Shown: positions 11,943-21,048 of the stretch, in pieces | How positions within the stretch are numbered: the first letter of the stretch is position 1 | Layout: each line of letters begins with the position of its first letter | Source: Myxococcales bacterium | GTDB lineage: Bacteria; Myxococcota_A; Polyangia; Polyangiales; Polyangiaceae | Direction: 5' to 3' | Assembly: GCA_043747615.1 (NCBI GenBank) | Contig: JAYTOU010000057.1 | Span: 92,041 to 156,040, forward strand | Length of the DNA stretch: 64,000 nt | Notes under the pieces: model-generated | Seen by the model: the letters and a program-made list of their open reading frames with translations, nothing else | What the model was told of the DNA's origin: nothing | Databases searched by the model: none | Translations under genes and position numbers: made by a program

Positions 11943-12554
11943 ATGGAACATGCTTACCGTCCGACCCGTCCTCGCCGGGTTTGCGTGTTTTGCGGGTCGC
12001 GCTCGGGCGCACGAGAAATCTACAGAACCGAAGCCGCGCGTTTCGGTGGCGTGCTCGCGGCCCGCGGCATCGGTGTCGTCTACGGCGGCTCGCAGATCGG
12101 AGTGATGGGGGCGGTTGCGAACGCGGCGCTGGAGGCGGGTGGCGAGGTCATCGGCGTCATCCCCCACGGGCTCGCGGCCAAAGAGGTCGCCCACCACGGG
12201 CTCACCGAGCTCCGGATCGTCGAGACCATGCACGAACGTAAAGCGATGATGGCCGATCTCTCCGACGCGTTCGTCGCGCTCCCCGGCGGCTGCGGCACCT
12301 TCGACGAGCTCTTCGAAGTGATCACCTGGGCCCAGATAGGTCTGCATGCCAAGCCGATCGGCGTGCTCGACGTCGAGGGCTATTTTCAGCCACTTCGCGC
12401 GCTCGTTGCCAGCGTCGTGAAGGAAGGATTTGCGTCCCCCGAGCACATGGATCTCCTCGCCTTCGATGACGATCCCGAGCGCCTGGCCGACGCTATTTCG
12501 ATCCCCCGCACTTTCCCGCTCGGACCCAAGTGGATCGATGATCGCGCGCGTTAG
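11943..12554 (+). CDS. LOG-family nucleotide phosphoribohydrolase (TIGR00730-like)
   Basis: VCVFCGS, VYGG...GVMG, MHERKAMM, LPGGCGTFDE. Confidence 0.92.
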   Translation: MEHAYRPTRPRRVCVFCGSRSGAREIYRTEAARFGGVLAARGIGVVYGGSQIGVMGAVANAALEAGGEVIGVIPHGLAAKEVAHHGLTELRIVETMHERKAMMADLSDAFVALPGGCGTFDELFEVITWAQIGLHAKPIGVLDVEGYFQPLRALVASVVKEGFASPEHMDLLAFDDDPERLADAISIPRTFPLGPKWIDDRAR

Positions 12555-12575
12555 GAAGAAGGCGGGAGCGCGTAT

Positions 12576-13688
12576 CTAGAACGTGTCTCCGGTCAGGCTG
12601 ACGTCGGCCCGCTCGTTGGTGCCGATGCTGCTATCAGCGGTTGCAGTGAGCTGGGCGTCGATCATCGATTTCATGACTTCGGACGCCGCGCCGACGAGGA
12701 TCGGGTAGTCGACGAGAGACGAAGGCCAGTGCACGAACACGCGTGGGACACTGCGGACATCGCGGGTGATGCGCGCGCGGACGGAGTTCGGTTTGCCGGC
12801 GGCGGGAACACTCGCCTTTAGCAAGGTCACCGACTTGTCCGGATAGCTCATGAGGTAGTTGGTGACGTACGTGATGTTGTTGCAGAGGTACGTGTTGCCG
12901 CTCCGCGGAAAGCCGGCGAGCTTGGCGCCGAAGAGAATGTCCCCGAGGGCGCGACCATTTTCAGTGGTGGCCTTCTGTGCTTCGACGCTGGCCGCCGCGG
13001 CATCACGAACTGCATTCCACGCGAGCAAAAGGCCTTTTTTCTGATCGCCTACCGAGGCGGACATGACGATCGGCGCGACGTCTTTTCCTTTCGGGGGCAC
13101 GGGCACCAGCGCATCCGAGCCGTCGGTAAGTGCCATCGCCTTGTTCACCGACCCGAGCTCGATCCACAGATCCTGGGTGGCGTCCGCGATGCCGTTCATC
13201 ATCACCAAGCTCGGGCCGAAGGCGTCGACTTCCTTCGCAACGAGGATGGCGGCGAGATCCCAGTAGACGGGCACGATCATGGCGCACACGTCGACTTCGC
13301 CGCTCATTGGGAGCGACATTTTTCCGAGCGCGACGCGCGTCTGCGGGGCGGGAAGATCTACTTTGCCGGTCGGGGGCTTCGTGGTCTGCGGGTACACCGC
13401 CGCGGGGACGAGCTTCTCGACGATGCGTCCGGTCGCGTTGTTGCTGTTGTCGAGAAAGCGTCCGAAGCCGACGACGAGGACGCGCGGGTTCTTGCCGGTC
13501 GACTTGCAGGTCGCCTGGTACTTGTTAGCGAACGCGACGTTCGCATCGTACTGCGCGCGCGCTTGGGGAGACTTCGTGTCGACCACCACAGCATCCTCCG
13601 AGGCGTCGGCGGCGACGTCCGTTGCGTCGAGCGCGCATCCGGCGAGCATGGCAGCGAGAGGCAAGAGATGGCGCAGTCCAAGTTTCAT
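12576..13688 (-). CDS. Lipoprotein with a pyroglutamyl-peptidase I (C15)-like domain
   Basis: Lipobox LAGC, VLVVGFGRF..NNAT, PVYW, and a putative Glu/Cys/His triad (IELGSVN, TYLCN, FVHWP). Start at the ATG at 13688. Confidence 0.65.
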   Translation of the reverse strand: MKLGLRHLLPLAAMLAGCALDATDVAADASEDAVVVDTKSPQARAQYDANVAFANKYQATCKSTGKNPRVLVVGFGRFLDNSNNATGRIVEKLVPAAVYPQTTKPPTGKVDLPAPQTRVALGKMSLPMSGEVDVCAMIVPVYWDLAAILVAKEVDAFGPSLVMMNGIADATQDLWIELGSVNKAMALTDGSDALVPVPPKGKDVAPIVMSASVGDQKKGLLLAWNAVRDAAAASVEAQKATTENGRALGDILFGAKLAGFPRSGNTYLCNNITYVTNYLMSYPDKSVTLLKASVPAAGKPNSVRARITRDVRSVPRVFVHWPSSLVDYPILVGAASEVMKSMIDAQLTATADSSIGTNERADVSLTGDTF

Positions 13689-13814
13689 GTCAGTTGATGT
13701 GGGATAAAAGCACATCTTGGTCCACGCCAAATTCCCCTCGATTTTGAGGAAATACGGGCAAAGAAACCGGATCGATGGGGATCCACTTGATCCCTCCGGT
13801 GATCCGCTCAGACC

Positions 13815-14600
13815 TCAAATCCGGAAACGAACCGGGGCCCCGATGGCACGCTGGTAGAGGCGCCCGAGCTCACCGTCGGCGAGAACGGCGACCACCGGAT
13901 ACCCGCCCGTCGTCGGATGGTCCGGACCAAGAACGATCGGCTCACCGGAAGGTGGGACCTCGATCGCTCCCGCGACCATCGGCATCGACCGCTCTACCTC
14001 CGCGCTCGGAAGGCGCGGCCCCTCGAGCCGTGCTCCCATTCGATCGCTCACCGCCGAAAGCGCAAACACCGACGACAACAGAAGCGGGAGCGCATCCCTC
14101 AGGTCCGGCCCCGGAACCAGGCGAAGGGCCTTCTCCTCTTCTTCGTCCTTTGGCGCCCGAGGAACGGGCTTGCCACGGTCTCCTCCACCGAGCGCGATCC
14201 GATCGGCTCGCCGAAGCGCGCGGCCATGGAATCCCCCGAGGCCCGCGACGAGCAACGTCCCTCGTCCTCCATGAACGATGGGAACATCGAGGCCGCCGTG
14301 AAACGCGAGGTAGCGTACCCGGCGATCGCCGAGCGAGCTCACGTCGAACCGCTCACCGGCAGCGAGCATCGTTGGTCCTTCGTCCGTCGCAACGAAGACG
14401 CTCTCGATAGCGACGATCGAAAGCTTCCCCGTGAGCTCGATCGCCGGCAAGTGCCAGGCGTTTCCCGCGTGCTTGTTCGCGCGCGCGAGATCGCGGGGGA
14501 CGAGCGCTCCGCCCGGCGGGATGCCGAGATGCATGAACCCCGAACGACCTCCGTCCTGAACGATCGCGAGCCCCGCGATGGAGACGATCTCGACCGTCAT
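13815..14600 (-). CDS. pxpC: 5-oxoprolinase subunit C (AHS2/KipA family)
   Basis: VQDGGRSGFMHLGIPPGGA, RYLAFHGG, SDRMGARL, GAIEVPPSGEPIVLGPDHPTTGGYP. The ATG at 14600 overlaps the pxpB stop. Confidence 0.88.
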   Translation of the reverse strand: MTVEIVSIAGLAIVQDGGRSGFMHLGIPPGGALVPRDLARANKHAGNAWHLPAIELTGKLSIVAIESVFVATDEGPTMLAAGERFDVSSLGDRRVRYLAFHGGLDVPIVHGGRGTLLVAGLGGFHGRALRRADRIALGGGDRGKPVPRAPKDEEEEKALRLVPGPDLRDALPLLLSSVFALSAVSDRMGARLEGPRLPSAEVERSMPMVAGAIEVPPSGEPIVLGPDHPTTGGYPVVAVLADGELGRLYQRAIGAPVRFRI

Positions 14601-15187
14601 GCGGCTCGGAACGCCACGTGATCGTCGAGCGCGAGCGCGAAGGGCGCGAAGTCGAGCGCCGTGCCAATGAGGTTCCATCCACCAGGAGAAGCGAACGGAT
14701 AGACGGCAGTGTAAGAGCCGCCGATACCGACGCTGCCAGCGGGAATTCTTTGTCGTGGCTGGGCGCGGCGCGGAAACGCGATACGCGGATCGACATCCCC
14801 GAGGTACGCAAAGCCCGGAAGGAAACCGATCATCTTCACCACGTAGGTACGACCGGTGTGAAGCGCGATGAGCTCGCCAATCGTGATCCCCCTTGCCGCT
14901 GCGATCTCCGGAAGATCGACGCCGTCGTAGCGCACGCGCACCTCGACCGCTGCGCGCGAGGGGGCGACGACGCCTACCTTCCTGGCGGTCAGCGCGGCGA
15001 GGATCAGCGACGGATCGCGCGGAGGCTCGCTTGGGTCGAAGGTGAGCGCCACGTGTCCCTCGGTGATCACCACGTCGATCACGTGAGCCTCTCGACGAAG
15101 CGTCTCGAAGAGGGCGCGCGCCGACATCCCGCTCGGACGAACGAAGCGAACCGCTCCGTCTCCGAGCGCTTCGATCACGTTCTTCAC
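14597..15187 (-). CDS. pxpB: 5-oxoprolinase subunit B (AHS1/KipI family)
   Basis: GDGA, YDGVDL, GFLPGFAYL, PAGSVGIGG, YPFASPGGWNLIG. Confidence 0.9.
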   Translation of the reverse strand: MKNVIEALGDGAVRFVRPSGMSARALFETLRREAHVIDVVITEGHVALTFDPSEPPRDPSLILAALTARKVGVVAPSRAAVEVRVRYDGVDLPEIAAARGITIGELIALHTGRTYVVKMIGFLPGFAYLGDVDPRIAFPRRAQPRQRIPAGSVGIGGSYTAVYPFASPGGWNLIGTALDFAPFALALDDHVAFRAA

Positions 15188-15867
15188 CTGGGCAGCTCCA
15201 GCGTCGCTCGCACTGCGCGCGCGATCTCCACGGCACGCGGCGTGTCACCGTGCACGCAGATCGTCTCGAAGTTGCCCTGCGCGAGGAGCGCACGCGCGTT
15301 CTCTGACGCCTCGTCGGGATCGTCGATCAGCGCACCGGGATCGCCGCGCGGGATGAGCGCACCGTCACGAACGCCGCGATCGGCGAAGACTTCCCGGGCG
15401 AAGCGAAGACCACGTGCGTTCGCAACCTCCCTCAGAAAGCCGGTCGGCGGACCGATCACGAGAACGCCCTCTCCCAGCGCCTCGACAGCACCACGGAGCA
15501 CGGCTTCGGCAAGCGCGCGGTCGCGGTTTGCGTCGTGGTAGAGCGCGCCGTGCGGTTTCATCGAGGTCACCCGTGCACCCAATGACGCCGCCACCTGCGC
15601 AAGCGCCCGGACCTGCTCGGTCACCGAAGCAGCGAGCGCCTCCGGAGCAATCGCCACCGAGACGCGGCCGAATCCAGGGCGATCCGCGTACGAAGGATGC
15701 GCCCCCAGCGCCGTTCCCGATTCAATGCATAGTGCAACCACATGCTGCATCGACGCTTCGTCCCCCGCATGTCCGCCGCACGCCACGTTCACGCGATGCG
15801 CGTACGTGTAGAGCGCGTCGGGCTCGTCCTCGAACTCACCTGCATCGATGTTGAGAAAGGGGGACAT
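15184..15867 (-). CDS. pxpA: 5-oxoprolinase subunit A (LamB/YcsF family)
   Basis: LNIDAGE, NVACGGHAGD, GAHPSY.DR.GFGR, KPHGALYH, EVFADR, TICVHGDT. Start is 15867 or 15876. Confidence 0.92.
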   Translation of the reverse strand: MSPFLNIDAGEFEDEPDALYTYAHRVNVACGGHAGDEASMQHVVALCIESGTALGAHPSYADRPGFGRVSVAIAPEALAASVTEQVRALAQVAASLGARVTSMKPHGALYHDANRDRALAEAVLRGAVEALGEGVLVIGPPTGFLREVANARGLRFAREVFADRGVRDGALIPRGDPGALIDDPDEASENARALLAQGNFETICVHGDTPRAVEIARAVRATLELPR

Positions 15868-15895
15868 CCTCCCCATCTTATTATAAGGGGAGCAC

Positions 15896-16795
15896 ATGGC
15901 CGAATCGATGAACGAGGGCACCCCGTCGCGCCACGTGACCGTGACCGAAGAGCGCTTGATCGATGTGGGGCGAGGCGTCCGCCTCCATGTGCTCATGGCC
16001 GGCGAGGGCACGCCTGTCCTTCTGCTTCACGGCTTCCCGCAGTCATCGTACGCCTGGCGAGAGATCGTCGCGCCCCTCGTGGCGGCAGGCTACCGGGTGA
16101 TCATGCCGGACATGCGAGGCTACGGCCTCTCCGATAAACCGCGCAGCGCCGCGCAGTACGCGACGCCTGTTCTCGTTTCTGACATGAAGAACCTGCTCGG
16201 CACTCTCGGTCACGGTCGCGCGCACGTGGTGGGGCACGACTGGGGCGGCGTCGTCGCTTGGCACTTCACCGCGTCGCACCCCGAGCTCGTCGATCGACTG
16301 GTGATCATCAACGGTCCCCATCCGGATCGCATAAGCGAGCGCCTGCGACACTCCGCCGCGCAGCGGAAGAAGTCTTGGTACATCTTTTTCTTCCAGCTTC
16401 CTTGGCTCCCGGAGCTTTTCCTCACGCGCCCGACCACGATGCGCCGGCTCTTCATGGCCTCTGCGTTCAAAAAAGAGGCCTTCAGCGACGAGGTGATCGA
16501 CACCTACACGCGAGCCGTCCGCGAGCCCGGCGCAGCGAGCGGCATGCTGAACTACTACCGCGCAGCCGCGCGGCGGCCCACAAAGCCCCTCGCGCAGATC
16601 GAGCGACCGACGCTCGTCTTGTGGGGCGAGCGCGACACTGCCCTCGGAGCAGATCTCCTCGATCGTCTCGGAGAGCACGTTCGCGATCTGCGCGTGCACC
16701 GAATCCCCGATGCGTCGCACTGGGTGGTGGAAGAGAAGCCCGAGCTAGTCGTGAGCGAATTGACCGCATTTTTTGCGGCGAATCCGCCGAGCTGA
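15896..16795 (+). CDS. Alpha/beta hydrolase, epoxide hydrolase-like
   Basis: LLHGFPQ, PDMRGYGLS, GHDWGG, SWYIFFFQ, NYYRA, LWGERD, SHWV. Confidence 0.9.
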   Translation: MAESMNEGTPSRHVTVTEERLIDVGRGVRLHVLMAGEGTPVLLLHGFPQSSYAWREIVAPLVAAGYRVIMPDMRGYGLSDKPRSAAQYATPVLVSDMKNLLGTLGHGRAHVVGHDWGGVVAWHFTASHPELVDRLVIINGPHPDRISERLRHSAAQRKKSWYIFFFQLPWLPELFLTRPTTMRRLFMASAFKKEAFSDEVIDTYTRAVREPGAASGMLNYYRAAARRPTKPLAQIERPTLVLWGERDTALGADLLDRLGEHVRDLRVHRIPDASHWVVEEKPELVVSELTAFFAANPPS

Positions 16796-16922
16796 CGAAG
16801 TCTCACCACAGTTCACGGTCGCGCCGATCCCATCGCGCATTCGATGAATTCCAAGAAATCCTCCAAGCTCGGTGACACTCGGTTGGTCTGAATCCCTGCA
16901 CGGTAAACCGAGGGAGCGCACC

Positions 16923-17492
16923 ATGGCCGGAGTAAGTGTCGATTCGGGGAGCAAGGGCGGTCGAAGAGCTCTCGATTCCGAGCTGAACATGATTCCAATG
17001 ATCGATCTCCTCATGGTGACGATCTCGTTTCTGTTGATCACCGCGGTCTGGAGCAACATGACGCGGCTCGATGCCAACGCGCAGGTACCGGGCGATCCCA
17101 CCCTCGCTCCCACCCCCGACAAGGTGGAAAAAACGCTCCACGTCGAGATGGGCGACGCCGAAAAATTCGTCCTCAGCTGGCGCGACGGGGCGACGGTGAT
17201 CGATCGCTTCGAGGTCCCACGAAAGGACGTCGTGCATCGCGAAGGAACGGTGCGTGTCGTTCAGTTCCCGGACCTCACCGCCAAGGTCGCCGAGGCCTGG
17301 AATACGAGCGGCGTTCACCGCGATCCCACCGACACCACGTTCGATCGTATCGTCCTCCACACGGACGATCGCACGGCCTACGCCGAGATGATCGGAGTCA
17401 TGGACGCCCTGAACCAACCCAGGCGCGCGCTGAGAACCGGCTCGAAGGTCGAGCAAGTGGCAGCGTTTCGAGTCGTCTTTTCGGCAAAGTGA
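16923..17492 (+). CDS. ExbD/TolR-family biopolymer transport protein (AglS-like)
   Basis: ELNMIPMIDLLMVTISFLLITAVW TM with the conserved Asp; D.TAY.EMI.VMD. GAGGGAG Shine-Dalgarno (SD) sequence before the ATG at 16923. Confidence 0.85.
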   Translation: MAGVSVDSGSKGGRRALDSELNMIPMIDLLMVTISFLLITAVWSNMTRLDANAQVPGDPTLAPTPDKVEKTLHVEMGDAEKFVLSWRDGATVIDRFEVPRKDVVHREGTVRVVQFPDLTAKVAEAWNTSGVHRDPTDTTFDRIVLHTDDRTAYAEMIGVMDALNQPRRALRTGSKVEQVAAFRVVFSAK

Positions 17493-17575
17493 TGAATTGA
17501 ACGACTCGGCGAAGCGACGAATTGATCGACTGAGAAACCTGACCGAAACACAGGGCTCGTAGTCTCGAGCTCAGC

Positions 17576-18802
17576 TTGGGTGACGCCACTACTTTGAATA
17601 CGGGCGATACAGCGTGGCTCCTCATGAGCACGGCGCTCGTTCTTCTCATGACCCCCGCACTTGCCCTTTTTTACGGGGGAATGGTGCGGAAGAAGAACGT
17701 CCTCTCCACCATCATGCACTCGATGGCGGCCATTCCCATCCTCAGCGTGAAGTGGGTGCTCTTCGGCTACTCGCTCGCGTTCGCACCAACGAAGTGGGGA
17801 ATCATCGGCGGCCTCGACTACGTGGGCCTGCGCGGAGTTGCTGGGACGCTCCACGGCACCGTGCCGACGCTCGCGTTCGTCGCCTTCCAGATGATGTTCG
17901 CGGTCATCACGCCCGCGCTCATCTCCGGCGCGTTTGCGGAGCGCATGAAATTTTCGGCGTACATCGTGTTCATCCTGGTGTGGTCGACGCTCGTCTACGA
18001 TCCGGTCGCGCACTGGGTGTGGGCCGAGGGCGGCTGGCTCTTCAAGCTCGGCGTGCTCGACTTCGCGGGCGGCACCGTGGTGCATCTCACCGCCGGATTG
18101 TCCGCGCTGGTGTGCGCGCTCGTCATCGGAAAAAGGCTAAAATACCCGCACGAACGGCCTCTACCGCACAACCTCACGATGACCCTCACTGGAGCTGGGC
18201 TTCTGTGGTTCGGGTGGTTCGGCTTCAACGCCGGAAGCGCGCTCGCCTCGTCGCAGCTCGCAGCTCTCGCCTTCGTGACGACCCACTTGGGAGCCGCCGG
18301 TGGCGCGCTCGGGTGGCTCGCGATCGAGTGGTACCGGACCGGAAAACCCACAGCGCTGGGCGTCGCGTCGGGCCTCGTAGCCGGTCTCGTCGCGATTACG
18401 CCTGCCGCGGGGTTCGTCGCCCCGTGGGCCGCGATCGTCATTGGCTTCGTGGCGAGCGTCGTTTGCTTCCTCGCGGTCCAAGCCAAATACAAATATGGCT
18501 ACGACGATTCTCTCGACGCCTTCGGTGTTCACGGCGTCGGCGGTCTCACCGGCGCGCTCCTCACCGGGGTCTTCGCCCAGAAATCGCTCAACGACGCCGG
18601 CTCCGACGGGCTCTTGTTCGGCAACGCGCACCAGCTTGGGATTCAAGCGCTCGCCTGCGCAGTCGCCGGCCTTTACGCCTCGGTCGTCACCCTCGTGCTT
18701 CTGCGGGTCATCGACAAAACGATGGGCCTCCGAGTCGTGGAGAGCGACGAGCGCGAAGGCCTCGATTCCACCCAGCACGGTGAGGACGGCTACTCGGGGT
18801 GA
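17576..18802 (+). CDS. amtB: Ammonium transporter
   Basis: DTAW, LALFYGG, FQMMFA.IT, HWVW, DFAGGTVVH, LWFGWFGFNAGS, AGLVAITP, DDSLDAFGVHG, GLD..QHGE. TTG start. Confidence 0.96.
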   Translation: MGDATTLNTGDTAWLLMSTALVLLMTPALALFYGGMVRKKNVLSTIMHSMAAIPILSVKWVLFGYSLAFAPTKWGIIGGLDYVGLRGVAGTLHGTVPTLAFVAFQMMFAVITPALISGAFAERMKFSAYIVFILVWSTLVYDPVAHWVWAEGGWLFKLGVLDFAGGTVVHLTAGLSALVCALVIGKRLKYPHERPLPHNLTMTLTGAGLLWFGWFGFNAGSALASSQLAALAFVTTHLGAAGGALGWLAIEWYRTGKPTALGVASGLVAGLVAITPAAGFVAPWAAIVIGFVASVVCFLAVQAKYKYGYDDSLDAFGVHGVGGLTGALLTGVFAQKSLNDAGSDGLLFGNAHQLGIQALACAVAGLYASVVTLVLLRVIDKTMGLRVVESDEREGLDSTQHGEDGYSG

Positions 18803-18971
18803 GCGCCACTCACGGCTGAGCTTTTGGTGGGACACGTGTGGGCCGGGCGCGCGTGACACGCCGTACACCGCTGTTTTTGCTAGGCGATTCGCCTTGGGAG
18901 CGATCCTGCACAAAAACGTGTGAGGCAATTCGCAACGTGGTGGAACGCGCCACCATCCAACTCCGGTATCC

Positions 18972-20411
18972 ATGACACAGCTCGCTGAAGCACGGTCGGA
19001 CGAGGCTCCTCAGAAGGATCGACCGTCGGCCCAGGGGCGGATCCTCATCATCGACGACGACCGAAGCATGTGTGAAATCCTCGAGAGTGCACTCAAGCGG
19101 CGCGACTTTGCCGTTGCCACGCGCACCTCCCCCGAAGAGGGGCTTCGGCTGCTCGGGGACCAAGATTTCGACGTCGTGGTCACCGACCTCAATATGCAAG
19201 GAATGAGCGGCGTCGACCTGTGTCGTCAGATCGCCGAGAACCGCGAGGACATTCCGGTGGTGGTGATGACGGCCTTTGGCAGCATGGAAACCGCCGTCGC
19301 CGCCATCCGTGCAGGCGCCTACGACTTCGTCACCAAGCCGTTCGAGATGGACGACATCGCGCTTACCCTCGAGCGCGCTCTTCGCCACCGGCAGCTGCGT
19401 GAAGAGGTTCGTCGATTGAAGCGCGCCGTCGACGAGACGAAGCGTTTGGACGACATCATCGGCCAGAGCGGCACGATGGAGAAGGTCCACGATCTCCTCA
19501 ACCGCGTCGCCGACAGCGACACCACAGTCCTCGTCACCGGCGAAAGCGGCACCGGCAAGGAGCTCGTCGCCAAGGCTCTGCATCGCCGTAGCCCACGCGC
19601 GAAGGGGCCGTTCGTAGCCATCAACTGCGCGGCCATGCCTGAGAGCCTTCTCGAGAGCGAGCTCTTCGGACACACGCGCGGCGCCTTCACCGACGCCCGC
19701 CAAGCCCGACCGGGACTCTTCGTCAAGGCCACACAAGGCACGCTTTTTCTCGATGAAATCGGCGAAATGCCAATGGGCATGCAAGCCAAGCTCCTGCGCG
19801 CCCTTCAGGAGCGCACCGTGCGCCCCGTCGGCGGTGACGTCGAGGTTCCGTTCGACGCGCGGCTCGTCGCGGCCACCAACCGCGATCTCGAGACCGAGGT
19901 CGACGAGAAGCGCTTCCGCGAAGATCTCTTCTACCGAATCAACGTCGTCCGCATCAACGTGCCTCCGCTCCGTGGTCGAGGGAGCGACGTCCTTCTCCTC
20001 GCGCAGCACTTCATCGAGCGCTACGCAGCCCAATCACGCTCGAAAGTAACGGGCATGTCGAGCGGCGCGGCGGACAAGCTCCTTTCCTATCCGTGGCCGG
20101 GCAACGTGCGAGAGCTTCAGAACTGCATCGAGCGCGCCGTCGCTCTTGCTCGCTTCGAGCAAATCGGGGTCGACGATCTTCCCGAGAAAATTCGGGACTT
20201 CAAGTCATCGCGCATCATCGTGGAGACGGAAGATCCCTCCGAGCTCTTGCCGATGGACGAGGTCGAGCGTCGTTACATTCTCCGCGTGCTCGAGGCCGTC
20301 GGCGGAAACAAAACCATGGCCGCCCAGGTCCTTGGCTTCGACCGGCGCACCCTCTACCGCAAGCTGGAGCGGTGCGGCGCGGGCGACAACAAAAAAGATT
20401 CCCGCGAGTAG
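18972..20411 (+). CDS. Sigma-54-dependent response regulator (NtrC/AtoC family: REC-AAA+-HTH)
   Basis: IIDDD, TDLNM, GESGTGKE, ESELFGH.RGAFTDA, FLDEIG, FREDLFYR, WPGNVREL, and a Fis-type HTH (RRTLYRKL). Confidence 0.95.
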   Translation: MTQLAEARSDEAPQKDRPSAQGRILIIDDDRSMCEILESALKRRDFAVATRTSPEEGLRLLGDQDFDVVVTDLNMQGMSGVDLCRQIAENREDIPVVVMTAFGSMETAVAAIRAGAYDFVTKPFEMDDIALTLERALRHRQLREEVRRLKRAVDETKRLDDIIGQSGTMEKVHDLLNRVADSDTTVLVTGESGTGKELVAKALHRRSPRAKGPFVAINCAAMPESLLESELFGHTRGAFTDARQARPGLFVKATQGTLFLDEIGEMPMGMQAKLLRALQERTVRPVGGDVEVPFDARLVAATNRDLETEVDEKRFREDLFYRINVVRINVPPLRGRGSDVLLLAQHFIERYAAQSRSKVTGMSSGAADKLLSYPWPGNVRELQNCIERAVALARFEQIGVDDLPEKIRDFKSSRIIVETEDPSELLPMDEVERRYILRVLEAVGGNKTMAAQVLGFDRRTLYRKLERCGAGDNKKDSRE

Positions 20412-20573
20412 GGGCTGTCCCGCATTCGTTGGTTTGGGCAGTCCACATCCTCCGGATGCTCGAAGTAGTAAGCGGCGTGGTGATCGCGGCGTTGTGAGGC
20501 AGAAAGGAACGGGCCCGAACGAGCGCGCGCTCTGTTTCCCGCAGATATCCCGCACTTTTCCATGCGCTCGCAC

Positions 20574-20589
20574 CGGCACGTGAGGTGCA
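20574..20589 (+). promoter_or_regulatory. Putative sigma-54 (-24/-12) promoter of the single-domain response regulator
   Basis: CGGCACGTGAGGTGCA gives GG-N10-GC with GGCACG conserved; intergenic, about 60 nt upstream of the CDS. Confidence 0.5.
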
Positions 20590-20645
20590 CTGCCTTCTTG
20601 CTCCCAAGAACCACGCGGAGCAACGGAAAGGAAAAAGGCTTGGAC

Positions 20646-21029
20646 GTGCACGGCACTCGCAAGACGAAGCTAGTGATGATTGCGGACGACGACGAGGATC
20701 ACCGCCATCTCGTTGCCTCCGTGATGCGTCGCGCCGGCTTCGACGTTCTGGAGGCGCGCGACGGCGCCGAGCTCCTTGCCATGTGTGACGAGCACGGGTT
20801 TCCAGATGTCGTAGTGACCGACGTCATGATGCCCCGCTGCTCCGGCTTCGGCGTGCTACAGCGTCTTCAGGAAGTGAAACCGGGTCTGCCTGTCGTCCTG
20901 ATCAGCGCCGTCGGCGACGAGAGCGTTCGCCGCATGGCCGTCGATCTCGGAGCGGCCGCGATGCTCGAAAAGCCCTTCGACTTTTCCACGCTCCGTGAGC
21001 TCGTCACGCGGGTCGCTTTCGTCGCGTAG
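20646..21029 (+). CDS. Single-domain response regulator (receiver)
   Basis: IADDD, VVTDVMMP, LISA, LEKPF. Start codon uncertain (20640, 20646 or 20677). Confidence 0.88.
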   Translation: MHGTRKTKLVMIADDDEDHRHLVASVMRRAGFDVLEARDGAELLAMCDEHGFPDVVVTDVMMPRCSGFGVLQRLQEVKPGLPVVLISAVGDESVRRMAVDLGAAAMLEKPFDFSTLRELVTRVAFVA

Positions 21030-21048
21030 TCCCCACAAAAAAATTGAG

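Noticed and set aside
18894..18909. Sigma-54-like spacing TGGGAGCGATCCTGCA upstream of the NtrC-like gene
   Set aside because: GG-N10-GC spacing is present but the flanking consensus is poor; it could be chance.
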